Assembly: GCA_038870975.1 (NCBI GenBank) | Contig: JAVZJD010000001.1 | Span: 384,001-448,000 of the forward strand | DNA from: Candidatus Bathyarchaeia archaeon | GTDB taxonomy: Archaea > Thermoproteota > CALKCG01 > B24 | DNA: 64,000 nucleotides | Reading direction: 5' to 3' | Part shown: piece after piece, positions 30,066 to 40,782 of the stretch | How positions within the stretch are numbered: the first letter of the stretch is position 1 | How the letters are laid out: every line of letters begins with the position of its first letter | Program-made: the position numbers and the translations under genes | The notes under the pieces: generated by a model | What the model was told of the DNA's origin: nothing | Seen by the model: only the letters and a program-made list of their open reading frames with translations | Databases searched by the model: none

Positions 30066-31046
30066 TTGATCAATTATCACTTTTACTGTGAGATTTTGGA
30101 TTGGTCTTATGAACCAGAAGAGAGAATTAAACGTGTTCGTTCAATCGGCATTTGGAAAATCATAGCAGTTTTAACGGTTATACTCTTAGCATCTGCCCTC
30201 CTAATAGCGATATGTATAACCAGTTTAAGCCCTGGTGAAGTTGCCGTTACATACGATCCACTCTTTAAAAGCTACAGTGGTCCTTATATTGGCCCTACTA
30301 TCTTCCTAAGGGCACCATGGCAGGGTTTAATCAAAGACTTTTATACGATTGACTATATCGATATGACTACTGAAAGAATAGCGGACTATCCTCCTATTAC
30401 AGCTTTAACTAAGGATGGGGTTGAAATAACGATAGAAGAATCGTTCACATACTCCATAGATCCAAACCTCTTTCTAGACTTAGTTAAGAGTTATCCCAGG
30501 GTTGATTATGAAGAACAGGTTTTAGTTCCAATAATGCGTCAAATAGTTAGAGATGTTACCTCTACGTATACTATTGAAGAGGTGATCTCCAATAGGGAAG
30601 AGCTTGCCGTGAAAATAGAGGAGACGTATAGACGCAGAATAGAAGATGATCCTACGCTTAAAGCTATAAGACTTCACGATGTCATGCTTAGAGGTATAAA
30701 GCTTCCAGACCGTATTAAAGAAGCCATAGAAGCCAAAATAGCTGCGTATCAGCAGAAAATAGCTGCAGAGTATGAGCGTGAGAGGATTTTAACCCTTGCA
30801 AATGCTACAGCTATGGAAAGGATAATAATGGCTGAGGGGGAAGCCAGAGCAATTATACTTAGGGCTGAAGCCGTTAAAACGGCTCTTGTGAGGATATATA
30901 ATGCCACCGGAGATATTGAGGTTTTGAGAATATACGCCCTCTTAGAGCAGCTTCAGAGAGTTGAAAGACCGATTCTAATAATCGGCGGTGGAGCTATACC
31001 ACTTATAACAGTCCCTCAGAGTGATGACAATAGGACTGGAAGTTGA
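30066..31046 (+). CDS. SPFH/prohibitin (band 7) membrane protein
   Basis: N-terminal TM segment, ALTKDG, LPDRIKEAIEAK, AEGEARA; true start may lie downstream. Confidence 0.85.
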   Translation: MINYHFYCEILDWSYEPEERIKRVRSIGIWKIIAVLTVILLASALLIAICITSLSPGEVAVTYDPLFKSYSGPYIGPTIFLRAPWQGLIKDFYTIDYIDMTTERIADYPPITALTKDGVEITIEESFTYSIDPNLFLDLVKSYPRVDYEEQVLVPIMRQIVRDVTSTYTIEEVISNREELAVKIEETYRRRIEDDPTLKAIRLHDVMLRGIKLPDRIKEAIEAKIAAYQQKIAAEYERERILTLANATAMERIIMAEGEARAIILRAEAVKTALVRIYNATGDIEVLRIYALLEQLQRVERPILIIGGGAIPLITVPQSDDNRTGS

Positions 31047-31501
31047 AGAAGATGTTTCTATTACACTTTTTACAAGCTTATAGTATTCCATGCCCCCAGT
31101 AGATGGAGAAAACCTGCTATTTTTCCTCCACCAATTCAATTTTTAGACTATACATCTATATTTCAACTTCAACTTATCATCTAGAAAACCGTTACGTATG
31201 TCAGTAGTAGGTTGATATCTACAAGGCGAATGATGCTTCCCACGATATTGAAGACATTTAGAAAATTATGAAGGGTTCATAGTGGTGTACCTGTCTAAAG
31301 CTTCATTTAGTTGTTATGTTGCTGTGGGAAAACGTAGCCATACTTTTAGTACCTTACCTTTTGTCGGATGTTGGAGTTCAATAACAACCACCGAGTGTAA
31401 ATATTATAAAACGCTCTTTTCCAACACCTTCTAGCAGTATAATGCGTTTCAGGAAACGAAAGTAAAAATATTAAGTATCACTAGAAGATACTGAGTATCT
31501 A

Positions 31502-33178
31502 ATGCTTGTTGTCACAGAAAAAGGCTCAGTGGCGGTTGCAATAAGTAAAGCTATCTCACCGCCCCCTAGGGCTTTTGCGTTAAAAGGGCATATCCTTGAT
31601 TTAGATTTTCCAGAGGAGTATAATAATTGGAGAGCAGTAAATCCTAAGGAACTGTTTAAAGCTCCAGTTAAATGGGTTGTTCGCGATTTTAAAACGTATA
31701 AGAGCCTTAAGGAGCATTTGAAAAGCTTAAACGGTCCGTTGATCCTCGCCACAGATAATGACCATGAGGGGGAGCTCATAGCCTATGAAGTCCTTCAAAT
31801 AGCTAAGAGTATTCGTAGTCAGGTTAAATACATGCGTATGAGGTTCAATTCAACGGCATTTAATGAGCTTAGAGAAGCTTGGACGAAGCTTGAACCCGAC
31901 TTAAACTGGGGTTGGGTTTGGAAAGCATACTTCCGCTCAAAATTCGATCTTATAACCGGTGCAACCTATACTAGGCTTCTTACGCTATCAGCACGTAAGA
32001 ATAAGTATCCCTATAAGCTTTTATCATGGGGGTCTTGTCAGATACCTACACTCTGGTTTATATACAAACGTGAAATGGAAATTAGAAACTTTAAACCTGA
32101 AACATACTATGAATTGAAAGCAATCTTAGATGTTAAAGGCGTCAAAGTAGAAGTCTTTTCAAAACCCGTGAAGGATAGATCTCAAGCATTGGCGCTCTAC
32201 GATAAAGTTAAAGATGTTAAAGAGTCTACCGTTTCTTCTTTTGAATCTGAACTTTTCTCAGAGCATAGACCACTGCCTACCGATACTGATGTTATGCTCC
32301 AGGAACTTACTAGAATACTTGGAATCAGCAGTGCTAAAATAATGGCTCTCGCAGAAGAATTGTATGCAGACGGCTTTATAAGCTATCCTAGGACTCAGAC
32401 AAACATGTGGATTAGAATGGATCATAGATACGTCCTAGATATGCTTTCAAACACCTCCCTTGGTGAATATGTTAGAGGCGGGATTTTCCAGCCTAAGGAT
32501 GGCAGGAAAAACGATAATGCTCACCCTCCAATATATCCGATAAAACCCTATCCATATAATGATATCAAAGGCAAAATATGGTCGTATATAGCTAGGAGAT
32601 ACATTGCCAATGTAGCTTCTAAAGATGCGATGTTGAAACGTTGGAGGTTAGACGTACTTCTGAAAGAAGTAGCTATGAATACTGCGGGCAAGTACATAAT
32701 CGACAGTGGTTTCTACGAGGTCTTTCCCTTCTTTAAACCCAAAGACCTCAGTCGAATTCCTGAAGTTAAACCTGGAGAGGTTCTACCAGTGTTAAAGGTT
32801 GAGCTTTTGGAGAAGAAGACCAAACCCCCACCTAGGTTGACTGAATCCGAACTTCTAAAGTTAATGGAGAAAAACGGAATTGGTACTGATGCAACAAGAC
32901 ACGAATATCCTTCAAAAATAATAAGTCGTGGATATGCAGATAAGAAGAGTAAAACTTTCGTCATTACACAATTGGGTGAGAGATTAATCCGACTGTTGGA
33001 AAATGTAAATGCGCAGTTAGTGACGCCCGACACTAGACGTTTTGTTGAACAGATTATGGGTGAAGTTGAGCTTGGAAAAAGAACAGTAGATGAAGCTTTA
33101 AACTATGCTTTAAGTATTTACAGCAGCCTATATGAAAAGTTGGAGGCTTACATAGAGAGTACAAAGCTAATACTCTGA
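31502..33178 (+). CDS. topA: Type IA DNA topoisomerase (compact, no C-terminal zinc ribbons)
   Basis: TEK, GHI, ATDNDHEGE, catalytic ISYPRT, AHPPIYP, GIGTDATR. Confidence 0.92.
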   Translation: MLVVTEKGSVAVAISKAISPPPRAFALKGHILDLDFPEEYNNWRAVNPKELFKAPVKWVVRDFKTYKSLKEHLKSLNGPLILATDNDHEGELIAYEVLQIAKSIRSQVKYMRMRFNSTAFNELREAWTKLEPDLNWGWVWKAYFRSKFDLITGATYTRLLTLSARKNKYPYKLLSWGSCQIPTLWFIYKREMEIRNFKPETYYELKAILDVKGVKVEVFSKPVKDRSQALALYDKVKDVKESTVSSFESELFSEHRPLPTDTDVMLQELTRILGISSAKIMALAEELYADGFISYPRTQTNMWIRMDHRYVLDMLSNTSLGEYVRGGIFQPKDGRKNDNAHPPIYPIKPYPYNDIKGKIWSYIARRYIANVASKDAMLKRWRLDVLLKEVAMNTAGKYIIDSGFYEVFPFFKPKDLSRIPEVKPGEVLPVLKVELLEKKTKPPPRLTESELLKLMEKNGIGTDATRHEYPSKIISRGYADKKSKTFVITQLGERLIRLLENVNAQLVTPDTRRFVEQIMGEVELGKRTVDEALNYALSIYSSLYEKLEAYIESTKLIL

Positions 33179-33306
33179 TATAAACGGTGAATTGTAACCA
33201 AGTAAATTTGGACAATGGACTTACCCAATAGTTTCCCAGAAATGCTTACACTCCCAAGAAATATTACAATTCTCAATACGCGAGCTAGGTTGAGCACCTC
33301 CTACGG

Positions 33307-34668
33307 TCACGGAATTTCATACTTACCTTGTATCCCCTTAATGGTGCGTTGTTCAATCCTCCGGAAAATGCCTCCAAAAGCCTTGGCCAGTCTCTTCGCC
33401 TCCTCAGGATATTCATCTATTAGATTTCTACTCTCTCTAGGATCATCTTTAATATTGTATAACTCATCTGGTTGCCCCTCAGGTCTTTGAATTAAAGACC
33501 ACTCTTCATCCCTTATACATCTGTCTACACCCTCATAGTATCCAGATATTGCATAATGTCTATGGTCGTTTAATTCGCCCATTAAAACAGGTAGAAAACT
33601 TCTTCCGTGCATGGGGAACATATCCCATTTAAAGTCTAGTAAGTCTAAAAGTGTTGGTAATAAGTCTGGGAATTGAATTATGGCATTCGTCCTTTTAGCT
33701 TTTTCACCACCCGGTAGTCTGATCATAAATGGAATCTTAAGAAGCTCGTTATATAATCTATCTACACCTTTGAGAAATTTCCCATGATCTGCAAGTGGAT
33801 GCCCATGATCGGCTGTAAGAACGATAACTGAATCGTCATAGTATCCTAAATCCTCGAGCTCTTTAAAGAGATACCCAAGCCAATAGTCTACAAATGTTAC
33901 TTCCCCTGCGTATAGACCTCTTATGTAACGTATCTCCTCGGATGTTGCCCATTCAGAAGCATAGCCTCCCATTGGCAGTATGAGTCTAGCCCCCTTATAG
34001 TCGGGGTCGGTGTAAGTGTCAAATCTTGGAGGCGGGTCCCAAGGCTCATGTGGGTCGAAGCAGTCTATCCAAAGGAAAATCTTGTTATATCTAGCGGCTC
34101 TAGCCCTCCTAAGCCATTTTAAAGACTCCATAACAACTTTAGCGGGAAACCAATCTTCTTCTCTTGAAAAGTCTTCGGTATTAGCTAGAAACCTTGCCAC
34201 TAGATTCTTCCATTTATCTGTGTAATTTTTGTTTACGTAATCTTCCACCCTCTTCTTGAGGGGTGGTGGAGGAATGTAGGAATCGTATTCTTGACCTCTA
34301 ATCCAGATGAAGCTGTGAAAGCTCTTATGGAAATTCATACCTGGTCTAGCAAGGTGATACGTATCTGAAATCAAACCGCATACATATCCCTCTCTAGTTA
34401 AAATATCGGCTAGTGTTATATCTTCACTTTCCATTGGACTCCAAGGTCTGTAAGGCAACGTATAATGCCCAGTCATAAGCTCCGTTCTCACAGGTATTGT
34501 CGGTAAACCACATGGATAAGCGTTTTCAAAAACCACACATTCATCTGCAAACTTATCTATATGGGGCGTCTTACAGGCTGGAACTTTTTCGAAAACAGGT
34601 CTCCCCCTATTGTAGAAGCTCACATGATCTTGCCTTAAACTATCTACAACTATTACTATGATATTCAA
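33307..34668 (-). CDS. Sulfatase-like / alkaline-phosphatase-superfamily hydrolase
   Basis: VDSLRQD, TPHID, TIPVRTELMTG, DPHEPW, ADHG, ELYN. Confidence 0.85.
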   Translation of the reverse strand: MNIIVIVVDSLRQDHVSFYNRGRPVFEKVPACKTPHIDKFADECVVFENAYPCGLPTIPVRTELMTGHYTLPYRPWSPMESEDITLADILTREGYVCGLISDTYHLARPGMNFHKSFHSFIWIRGQEYDSYIPPPPLKKRVEDYVNKNYTDKWKNLVARFLANTEDFSREEDWFPAKVVMESLKWLRRARAARYNKIFLWIDCFDPHEPWDPPPRFDTYTDPDYKGARLILPMGGYASEWATSEEIRYIRGLYAGEVTFVDYWLGYLFKELEDLGYYDDSVIVLTADHGHPLADHGKFLKGVDRLYNELLKIPFMIRLPGGEKAKRTNAIIQFPDLLPTLLDLLDFKWDMFPMHGRSFLPVLMGELNDHRHYAISGYYEGVDRCIRDEEWSLIQRPEGQPDELYNIKDDPRESRNLIDEYPEEAKRLAKAFGGIFRRIEQRTIKGIQGKYEIP

Positions 34669-34815
34669 CTGAACACACTCCTTTAAACTGTTTAACAGCT
34701 TCAGCGTTTAATCTTTAAAAGAATTACCACGTGGATGGTAGGAGTCAAATACATGACAGCTTCCAATGTAGCAATACTCTTCAGAAAGAGGTAGATTAAG
34801 GCTTTAGAATATGAA

Positions 34816-35991
34816 TTATACAGTTTTAAGACTCAAGGTCTTATATTTTTCAAAGAGGTTTTTAACGCCTCTATCTTGAACCACTACAACATCTTCCAAC
34901 CTTATTCCGAAATTATCTTTGTAAACTCCAGGTTCAACAGTATGAGTAGTGTTTCTTCTAATGATATCTCTTGACGCTGGATGTAGAGCTGGTGGTTCAT
35001 GTATCCTCAAACCAATTCCATGGCCTAACCTATGTGGGAAAAATTTAGAAAACCCCCTCCTAGCTATAAGGCTTCTAGCAACTCCATCAACACTAGAAGC
35101 TTCTACTCCATCGTATTCAAACTTGTAGACTTCCTCTTGCGCTTCTAATAACGTATAGTAGATGGTCTCCTGCTCGCTTGAAGGTCTACCTAGAACCCAC
35201 GTTCTAGTGACGTCTATCCAATATCCATCGGCACACACGTTAAGTTCTAAAAGTATGACATCACCTCTTCTAATTCTTCTGTCGGTTGAAATATTAAACG
35301 GATACCACGCTTTCGAAGTATTTTCGCCAGACATTACAAATGCAAAACCTCTAGCTCTTCTAACCTTGTTTTCAAATCCAACTCCTTCGCTATACACTGT
35401 TGCTTCAACAATTGAGGCGAGTGTGCTCTCCTTAATCCCCTCCGAAATACTTTTAAGGAGTTTTTCAACGGCTAGGGATGCAAGTTTAACTGAAAGTCTC
35501 ATCTTTTCGATTTCATACTCTGATTTAACAGACCTGAGCTTTGCAATAACTCTAGAGGCATCAACTAACTCCGCTTCGAATACCTTTTGAAGCATTTTAA
35601 AGGTCGGAATACTAGCATAGTTCACCTCACCTACAATACTATTAGTGGCAACTGTTTCAAAGTTAAGCTCACAACCAATTTTAACATATCTACGATGTTT
35701 AAGCTCTTCCAAAATTTTAGAGATGATCTTATATGGATTCCAAACTTCATTTAAACCCTCAACCTCGTATGTTCTTATATCCTTAATCCATCCATCTTTA
35801 GCATACTCAAACTCGGAAACTGGAACTATTAAAACTGGCTCCCCCTCCAATGGTAGAACCACTAAAGACCATCCTGTAATAGGCCAATAGCCCGACAAAT
35901 ATAGAACATTTTCAGGGTTTCTACATATAAGAAGCTCCAGCCCCTCCTTCTCCATGGCTTGTTTAATATTAGTCAATCTAGTTAAATCCAT
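34816..35991 (-). CDS. M24 Xaa-Pro aminopeptidase/prolidase
   Basis: DGYWIDVTRT, HRLGHGIG, HEPP, VEPG, RLED. Confidence 0.9.
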   Translation of the reverse strand: MDLTRLTNIKQAMEKEGLELLICRNPENVLYLSGYWPITGWSLVVLPLEGEPVLIVPVSEFEYAKDGWIKDIRTYEVEGLNEVWNPYKIISKILEELKHRRYVKIGCELNFETVATNSIVGEVNYASIPTFKMLQKVFEAELVDASRVIAKLRSVKSEYEIEKMRLSVKLASLAVEKLLKSISEGIKESTLASIVEATVYSEGVGFENKVRRARGFAFVMSGENTSKAWYPFNISTDRRIRRGDVILLELNVCADGYWIDVTRTWVLGRPSSEQETIYYTLLEAQEEVYKFEYDGVEASSVDGVARSLIARRGFSKFFPHRLGHGIGLRIHEPPALHPASRDIIRRNTTHTVEPGVYKDNFGIRLEDVVVVQDRGVKNLFEKYKTLSLKTV

Positions 35992-36103
35992 GTTCTAATT
36001 TAAAATTCGCTGCACCCTTATATATTGTTTTTAAAATTTTAACAAGCCTATAGTTCAGCTACCCTAGTTGCAACGACTACATTAGATAAAAAGTTGAGGA
36101 GAC

Positions 36104-36901
36104 TTAGTATCCTTTTGCTTCGCCAGCAATCTTCCTTCCAAATTTACTTAGAAGTTCACTGAACCCAGACATTAGAATCTTCATATCGCTCATTAAAGCT
36201 ACAAATCTGAAACCATCTTTTATCATTCTCTCAGCCATTTCAATGCTGAATGTATGAATACCTGGGACTACGTCATACTTTTCACAAGCCTCTTTAACCT
36301 TCCTCAGAGCATCCTTAAACTTTGGATGATCATATCCAGTAGGTATGCCTAGGTTTACGGAAAGATCCATGGGGCCTACATAAGCTACATCTATTCCATC
36401 AACTGAAAGTATCTCTTCCAAGTTTTCAAGAGATTTCGCTGTTTCAATCTGAACTATAACTACAAGTTCTTCCACCTCAAATTTCTCATAATACTCTATA
36501 AAATCCCGTCTGCCGAATCTAATACATCTTCTAGGTCCAACCCCTCTAATCCCCCTAGGAGGGTATCTAGAGGCTACTACAGCCGCCTCGGCTTCAGCTC
36601 TACTATTAACCCACGGTATTAAAACACCCTGCATACCGACGTCTAAAACCCGTTTAACCATGACAAGGTCATTCCATGGAACTCTTGCAAGTGGAGCGAT
36701 ATTAACCCCTCTTAGAGGCATTGCAAGGAGTTCAAGGTCTCTAACATCTATGGGTGCATGTTCCATGTCGAAGACAAACCAATCGAAAGGCAGTTCAGAT
36801 AGAGCATCTACAACATCTGGATGATTTATAGTGATCCATGTTCCAAGTGCTACATTCCCGTCTTTAAGAAGTTTTTTTAAACCACTCATAACAGGCACCA
36901 A
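36104..36901 (-). CDS. HpcH/HpaI class II aldolase (2-keto-3-deoxy sugar acid aldolase)
   Basis: DMEH, RVP, YPPRGIRG, QIET, GPMDLS. Confidence 0.9.
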   Translation of the reverse strand: MVPVMSGLKKLLKDGNVALGTWITINHPDVVDALSELPFDWFVFDMEHAPIDVRDLELLAMPLRGVNIAPLARVPWNDLVMVKRVLDVGMQGVLIPWVNSRAEAEAAVVASRYPPRGIRGVGPRRCIRFGRRDFIEYYEKFEVEELVVIVQIETAKSLENLEEILSVDGIDVAYVGPMDLSVNLGIPTGYDHPKFKDALRKVKEACEKYDVVPGIHTFSIEMAERMIKDGFRFVALMSDMKILMSGFSELLSKFGRKIAGEAKGY

Positions 36902-36987
36902 CGGGAGTAATACGTTATAGTATGATTTAAGTTAAACTATTTCCCAGAGAGACTTTAGCCTTTTAAATACCTTTACGTTAACCATAA

Positions 36988-38091
36988 GTGGTGGTCTTTC
37001 TGAAGACTCTCCTATATAAGGAAGACTGGGAAAGAGTTTCTGAAACCTATGAAGCTTGGTGGGAAGGTGAGCTGACCAGACCAATCATATTTTTGACACA
37101 TGTATCGCCTAATGTAGACGTTATCGACTACTCTTTAACTTTGAGCTGGGCTTTTATGAGATTTCATCCAGAGAAGGCTCTAGAAGCCCTCTTTGAGTGT
37201 TTCTCTAAAACAGTATTCATGTGTGAAGCCTATCCTAACGTTTTTGTAAACATCGGTCCTGGTGCATTATCGGCTTTTCTAGGTGCGGATATAGATTTCA
37301 ATCTGAAGGCAGGAACATCTTGGTTTAAGGGATCTTTTTCTTTAGACGACCTTCTTAGTGTTGAATTAAACCCTGAGAATAAGTGGTGGCGTTATGTGAT
37401 CGAATGCACTAGAAAAGCTTCAGCCATGTGTAAGAATAAAGCTATAGTCGCTTTCACAGACATTTTAGACGTAGCTACAAGTTTAGTGCATCTTAGAGGT
37501 GGAGCGTCAAAATTGGTTAAAGACGTATTTCTTGAACCCATCAAACTGAAGAAGGTTTTAAATAATCTACATCAAATCTGGTTCTACTGTTTTGAGAAAA
37601 TCTCAGAAGTAATCGATACGAGTATTTACGGTTTTTCAAATTGGGCCACACTATGGAGCAAGCGGAAATCTTTCATACTTCAATGCGACTTCAGCGTATA
37701 TCTTTCCCCTAGATTATTCGAAGAATTCATACTTCCCCTTGTAGTTGAAGAGTGTAAATTCTTTGAGAGAAGTTTCTGGCATTTAGATGGCCCTCTCGAA
37801 ATCCCCCACCTTGACAAACTCTTAAACATAAGTGAACTTAACGGTATACAGTGGATCCCTGGGGCTGGAAATCCAGATCCAGGTGATAGCTGTTGGATTC
37901 CACTGTATAGGAAAATACAGAGTGCTGGGAAGCTCCTCCAACTTCCTGGGATTCCCATATCTAAAGTAATTCCAGTTTTAGATCAAATATCACCTAAAGG
38001 CGTTTTCATTCAAACTTCAACCTTAAATCTTGAGAACGCTGAAGCTTTCTGCAGAAAAATGTCTGAGAAATACGGTGTTCAACTTAAGTGA
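36988..38091 (+). CDS. Uroporphyrinogen-decarboxylase-fold protein (methyltransferase-like)
   Basis: LRGG, QCDFS...SP..FEEFILP, HLDGP, IQWIPGAG. Confidence 0.65.
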   Translation: MVVFLKTLLYKEDWERVSETYEAWWEGELTRPIIFLTHVSPNVDVIDYSLTLSWAFMRFHPEKALEALFECFSKTVFMCEAYPNVFVNIGPGALSAFLGADIDFNLKAGTSWFKGSFSLDDLLSVELNPENKWWRYVIECTRKASAMCKNKAIVAFTDILDVATSLVHLRGGASKLVKDVFLEPIKLKKVLNNLHQIWFYCFEKISEVIDTSIYGFSNWATLWSKRKSFILQCDFSVYLSPRLFEEFILPLVVEECKFFERSFWHLDGPLEIPHLDKLLNISELNGIQWIPGAGNPDPGDSCWIPLYRKIQSAGKLLQLPGIPISKVIPVLDQISPKGVFIQTSTLNLENAEAFCRKMSEKYGVQLK

Positions 38092-38165
38092 CGATGACAT
38101 CATACTTTCAAACTTCTAAAGATTTCATACCTTTATCTATGAATAGCCCTTAAAGTATGTCGTGA

Positions 38166-38951
38166 TTAAACTACCAGGCTAAGCCAATTTAACGTCTTGT
38201 TTATAACCTCCAGCGTATGTTCTCTCTTGGAAAACGTATGATCTCCACCTTTAACTATGTAGAGCTCATTTTTATCGTTTAAACCTCTAATAATCTCATA
38301 TCCCTTTTCAGCTTCTTCTAAAGGTACGAGAAGATCCCGATCTCCATGTATGATCAACACCGGGATTTTAATCTTACCCATAACTTCGAAGGGGACCACA
38401 TAGTCAACTGTATCAAAGAAACTTTTCCTTAAATACCAGCCATCTGAAACTTCAATTGCTTCACCAGCATTAAGCCTCTCCAATGCATCCTTACTCATAT
38501 GGCTGAGGAGCCTATCCCGCAGAGGGCCAAGAGCCGCTGAGTACAATATTGCAAATTTTACACGTTCGTCTTTCGACGCCAGTATGGTTGCAACCCTTCC
38601 ACCCATACTTAAACCTATGACTCCAACCCTTCTTTTATCGACCCTCCTTTGCTTTATTAGAAAAGTTAAAGCAGCTTCTGCATCATCTACTTCGCCAGGC
38701 AAAGTCATATCTTCAAACTCACCATCGCTATCACCTGACCCTCTAAAGTCAAACCTGAAAACTGTGAAACCTGATTTGCAAAGTTTTCTCGCTACTTGGA
38801 CAAAAAGTCTATGAGCCTCCGTTTTGTTTCCAGTAAAACCGTGGAACATGACTACTCCCGGGGTTTTTTCCTCTGGTTTCAAATCATCAGGTAAATGGAG
38901 TATTCCAACTAATTCTTGGTTTTGGTTTTTAAAAACCACAGGTTTAATCAT
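38166..38951 (-). CDS. Alpha/beta-hydrolase (esterase/peptidase S9-like)
   Basis: HGFTG, FDFRGSG, GLSMGG nucleophile elbow, HGDRD, GDH. Confidence 0.9.
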   Translation of the reverse strand: MIKPVVFKNQNQELVGILHLPDDLKPEEKTPGVVMFHGFTGNKTEAHRLFVQVARKLCKSGFTVFRFDFRGSGDSDGEFEDMTLPGEVDDAEAALTFLIKQRRVDKRRVGVIGLSMGGRVATILASKDERVKFAILYSAALGPLRDRLLSHMSKDALERLNAGEAIEVSDGWYLRKSFFDTVDYVVPFEVMGKIKIPVLIIHGDRDLLVPLEEAEKGYEIIRGLNDKNELYIVKGGDHTFSKREHTLEVINKTLNWLSLVV

Positions 38952-39114
38952 TTTTAATAACCTCCAACGTATAGACTCAAGGTTATAGGTAATAAGCTTT
39001 AGTCTTCTGTACGTGTTTCATGGTTAATGTAGCTCCATACAATGACATTCTAAATAGCATCGATTTAAAGATAAGTATAGACGAAGTAGCATAAGGTATT
39101 ACTTAGAGGTATGG

Positions 39115-39239
39115 ATGACTGGCAAGAAAGTAAGTGTAAGCCTTCTAGAAGAACTTCTAAAAAGCATAGACGAGTTATCTCGAAAGCTAATGTGGTAAGA
39201 AGTGAATTTATAGCTAGAATACTAGAGGGGAACCTGTGA
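39115..39239 (+). pseudogene. CopG/ribbon-helix-helix regulator remnant
   Basis: MTGKKVSVSLLEELLKSIDELSRK, then a frameshift to VRSEFIARILE; GAGGT SD-like motif upstream. Confidence 0.6.
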
Positions 39240-39394
39240 ACGTTAACAGTCAGAACTGATCATAAATATCAACGGTACTCTGGAAATTAAGTACAATCGG
39301 TTATCTGAGAATAATCAAAAGATAGCTTTAAATAAATGAATTTTCATAAAAATGAGAGGACATTAATCATTTAATTTAAATTTTATCTCTCAGA

Positions 39395-40702
39395 TCAACA
39401 AGAAAAACCTTTAAGATATTTTTCTTCGGCTTTAAACATTTCATCAACCATGTTTTTTATCTCATCTATAGTAAGTATTGCACTAGTTAATGGATCTACT
39501 AGTACTGCTTGAAATACCAATTCTTTACTCTTCTCTAAGATGGCTTTAGTTGCGAGTTCTTGAACATTTATATTCATTCTATTTAAAGCTGCACACTGCG
39601 GAGGTAGCATACCAACGTAGCAAGGATGTACCCCGGTCTTATCCACAACGCAGGGGACTTCGACGCAGCAACCATATGGAAGATTTGTGATCAGTCCAGT
39701 ATTCCTAACGTTTCCGTAGATTAAACTCGGTATACCTGTTTCCATCGAATGTATTACTGAGGAACAGTATTCTGCACTTCTACGTATAGGTATTTTCTCA
39801 GGGCTCTCGATCAGCTTTCTAAACGCTTCATCCTCTTTACCTCTATCTCCCATAGATTGGATACGCCTTAAAGTCCCAACTAATTTAAACTTCTCCATTA
39901 TATCCTGTCTTTTTCTGAAATAGGGTAGGTACTCGGACAGATGGTGGCTCGACTCACTTGGATAGTAGCCTATAGCTTTGAAAACTTCTATCCTCACGAG
40001 GTCTCTTCCAGCAGGACCTTTGTAGAACTCAGGGTCTTCAATCCTCTTCCTTAAAATGGGATAGGCGTCTTCTTCATGCCATTTAAACTCTAAAAACCAG
40101 GACATGTGATTTATCCCGGCTGAGAGATATGATATTTCCGTTGGAGGAACATTTATGTAGTTTGCGAGGGTATGCGCAGTACTTTGAACACTATGGCATA
40201 ATCCAATCACGTTTACTTTAGTGCCTTCATACACGCTCCAACATACTATAGCCATGGGATTTGTATAGTTCATTAGAAGAGCATCAGGACATAATTCCTC
40301 CATATCATAGCATATGTCTAGTATAGCTGAAGCATTTTTCAAACCGTAGAATACACCTCCAGGTCCAACGGTATCCCCTACAGCCTGATCTACTCCATAT
40401 TTTAGAGGTATCTCTAGGTCAAGCTTAGTAGCTTCAAGACCGCCTGCTCTAATAGATGTTACAACATAATCTGCTCCTTCTAAAGCTTCTCTACGATTAG
40501 CCGTAGCCTCTATCTTAGTTTTAAAACCCCACTGATCTACGAGTTTCCTTGCGAAAGCTTCAGTGAGACTTAGCCTATCTTTATCTATATCTACAAGGCT
40601 AATTGTGCAATCTCTAAGCTCAGGGTAGGATAGTATATCTGTTATGAGATTTTGACCGAACACGTGGCTCCCAGCACCTATGAGAACGACTTTAAACGTC
40701 AT
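39395..40702 (-). CDS. melA: GH4 alpha-galactosidase
   Basis: IGAGS, GDTVGPGG, NYTNPM, GLCHSVQ, AGINH, ESSHHLSEY, VEVP; start at MTFKVV (ORF extends to 40795). Confidence 0.9.
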   Translation of the reverse strand: MTFKVVLIGAGSHVFGQNLITDILSYPELRDCTISLVDIDKDRLSLTEAFARKLVDQWGFKTKIEATANRREALEGADYVVTSIRAGGLEATKLDLEIPLKYGVDQAVGDTVGPGGVFYGLKNASAILDICYDMEELCPDALLMNYTNPMAIVCWSVYEGTKVNVIGLCHSVQSTAHTLANYINVPPTEISYLSAGINHMSWFLEFKWHEEDAYPILRKRIEDPEFYKGPAGRDLVRIEVFKAIGYYPSESSHHLSEYLPYFRKRQDIMEKFKLVGTLRRIQSMGDRGKEDEAFRKLIESPEKIPIRRSAEYCSSVIHSMETGIPSLIYGNVRNTGLITNLPYGCCVEVPCVVDKTGVHPCYVGMLPPQCAALNRMNINVQELATKAILEKSKELVFQAVLVDPLTSAILTIDEIKNMVDEMFKAEEKYLKGFSC

Positions 40703-40782
40703 GTCAACCCCATTAGATATGTGAAGGGCTTTAGATATAAATACTTGGACTGTAATTGTATCGGTCTGGAGGTGTTGATTGA

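Noticed and set aside
31047-31500. Long intergenic region with coding-like fragments on the minus strand
   Set aside because: Only short interrupted frames; no supportable identity
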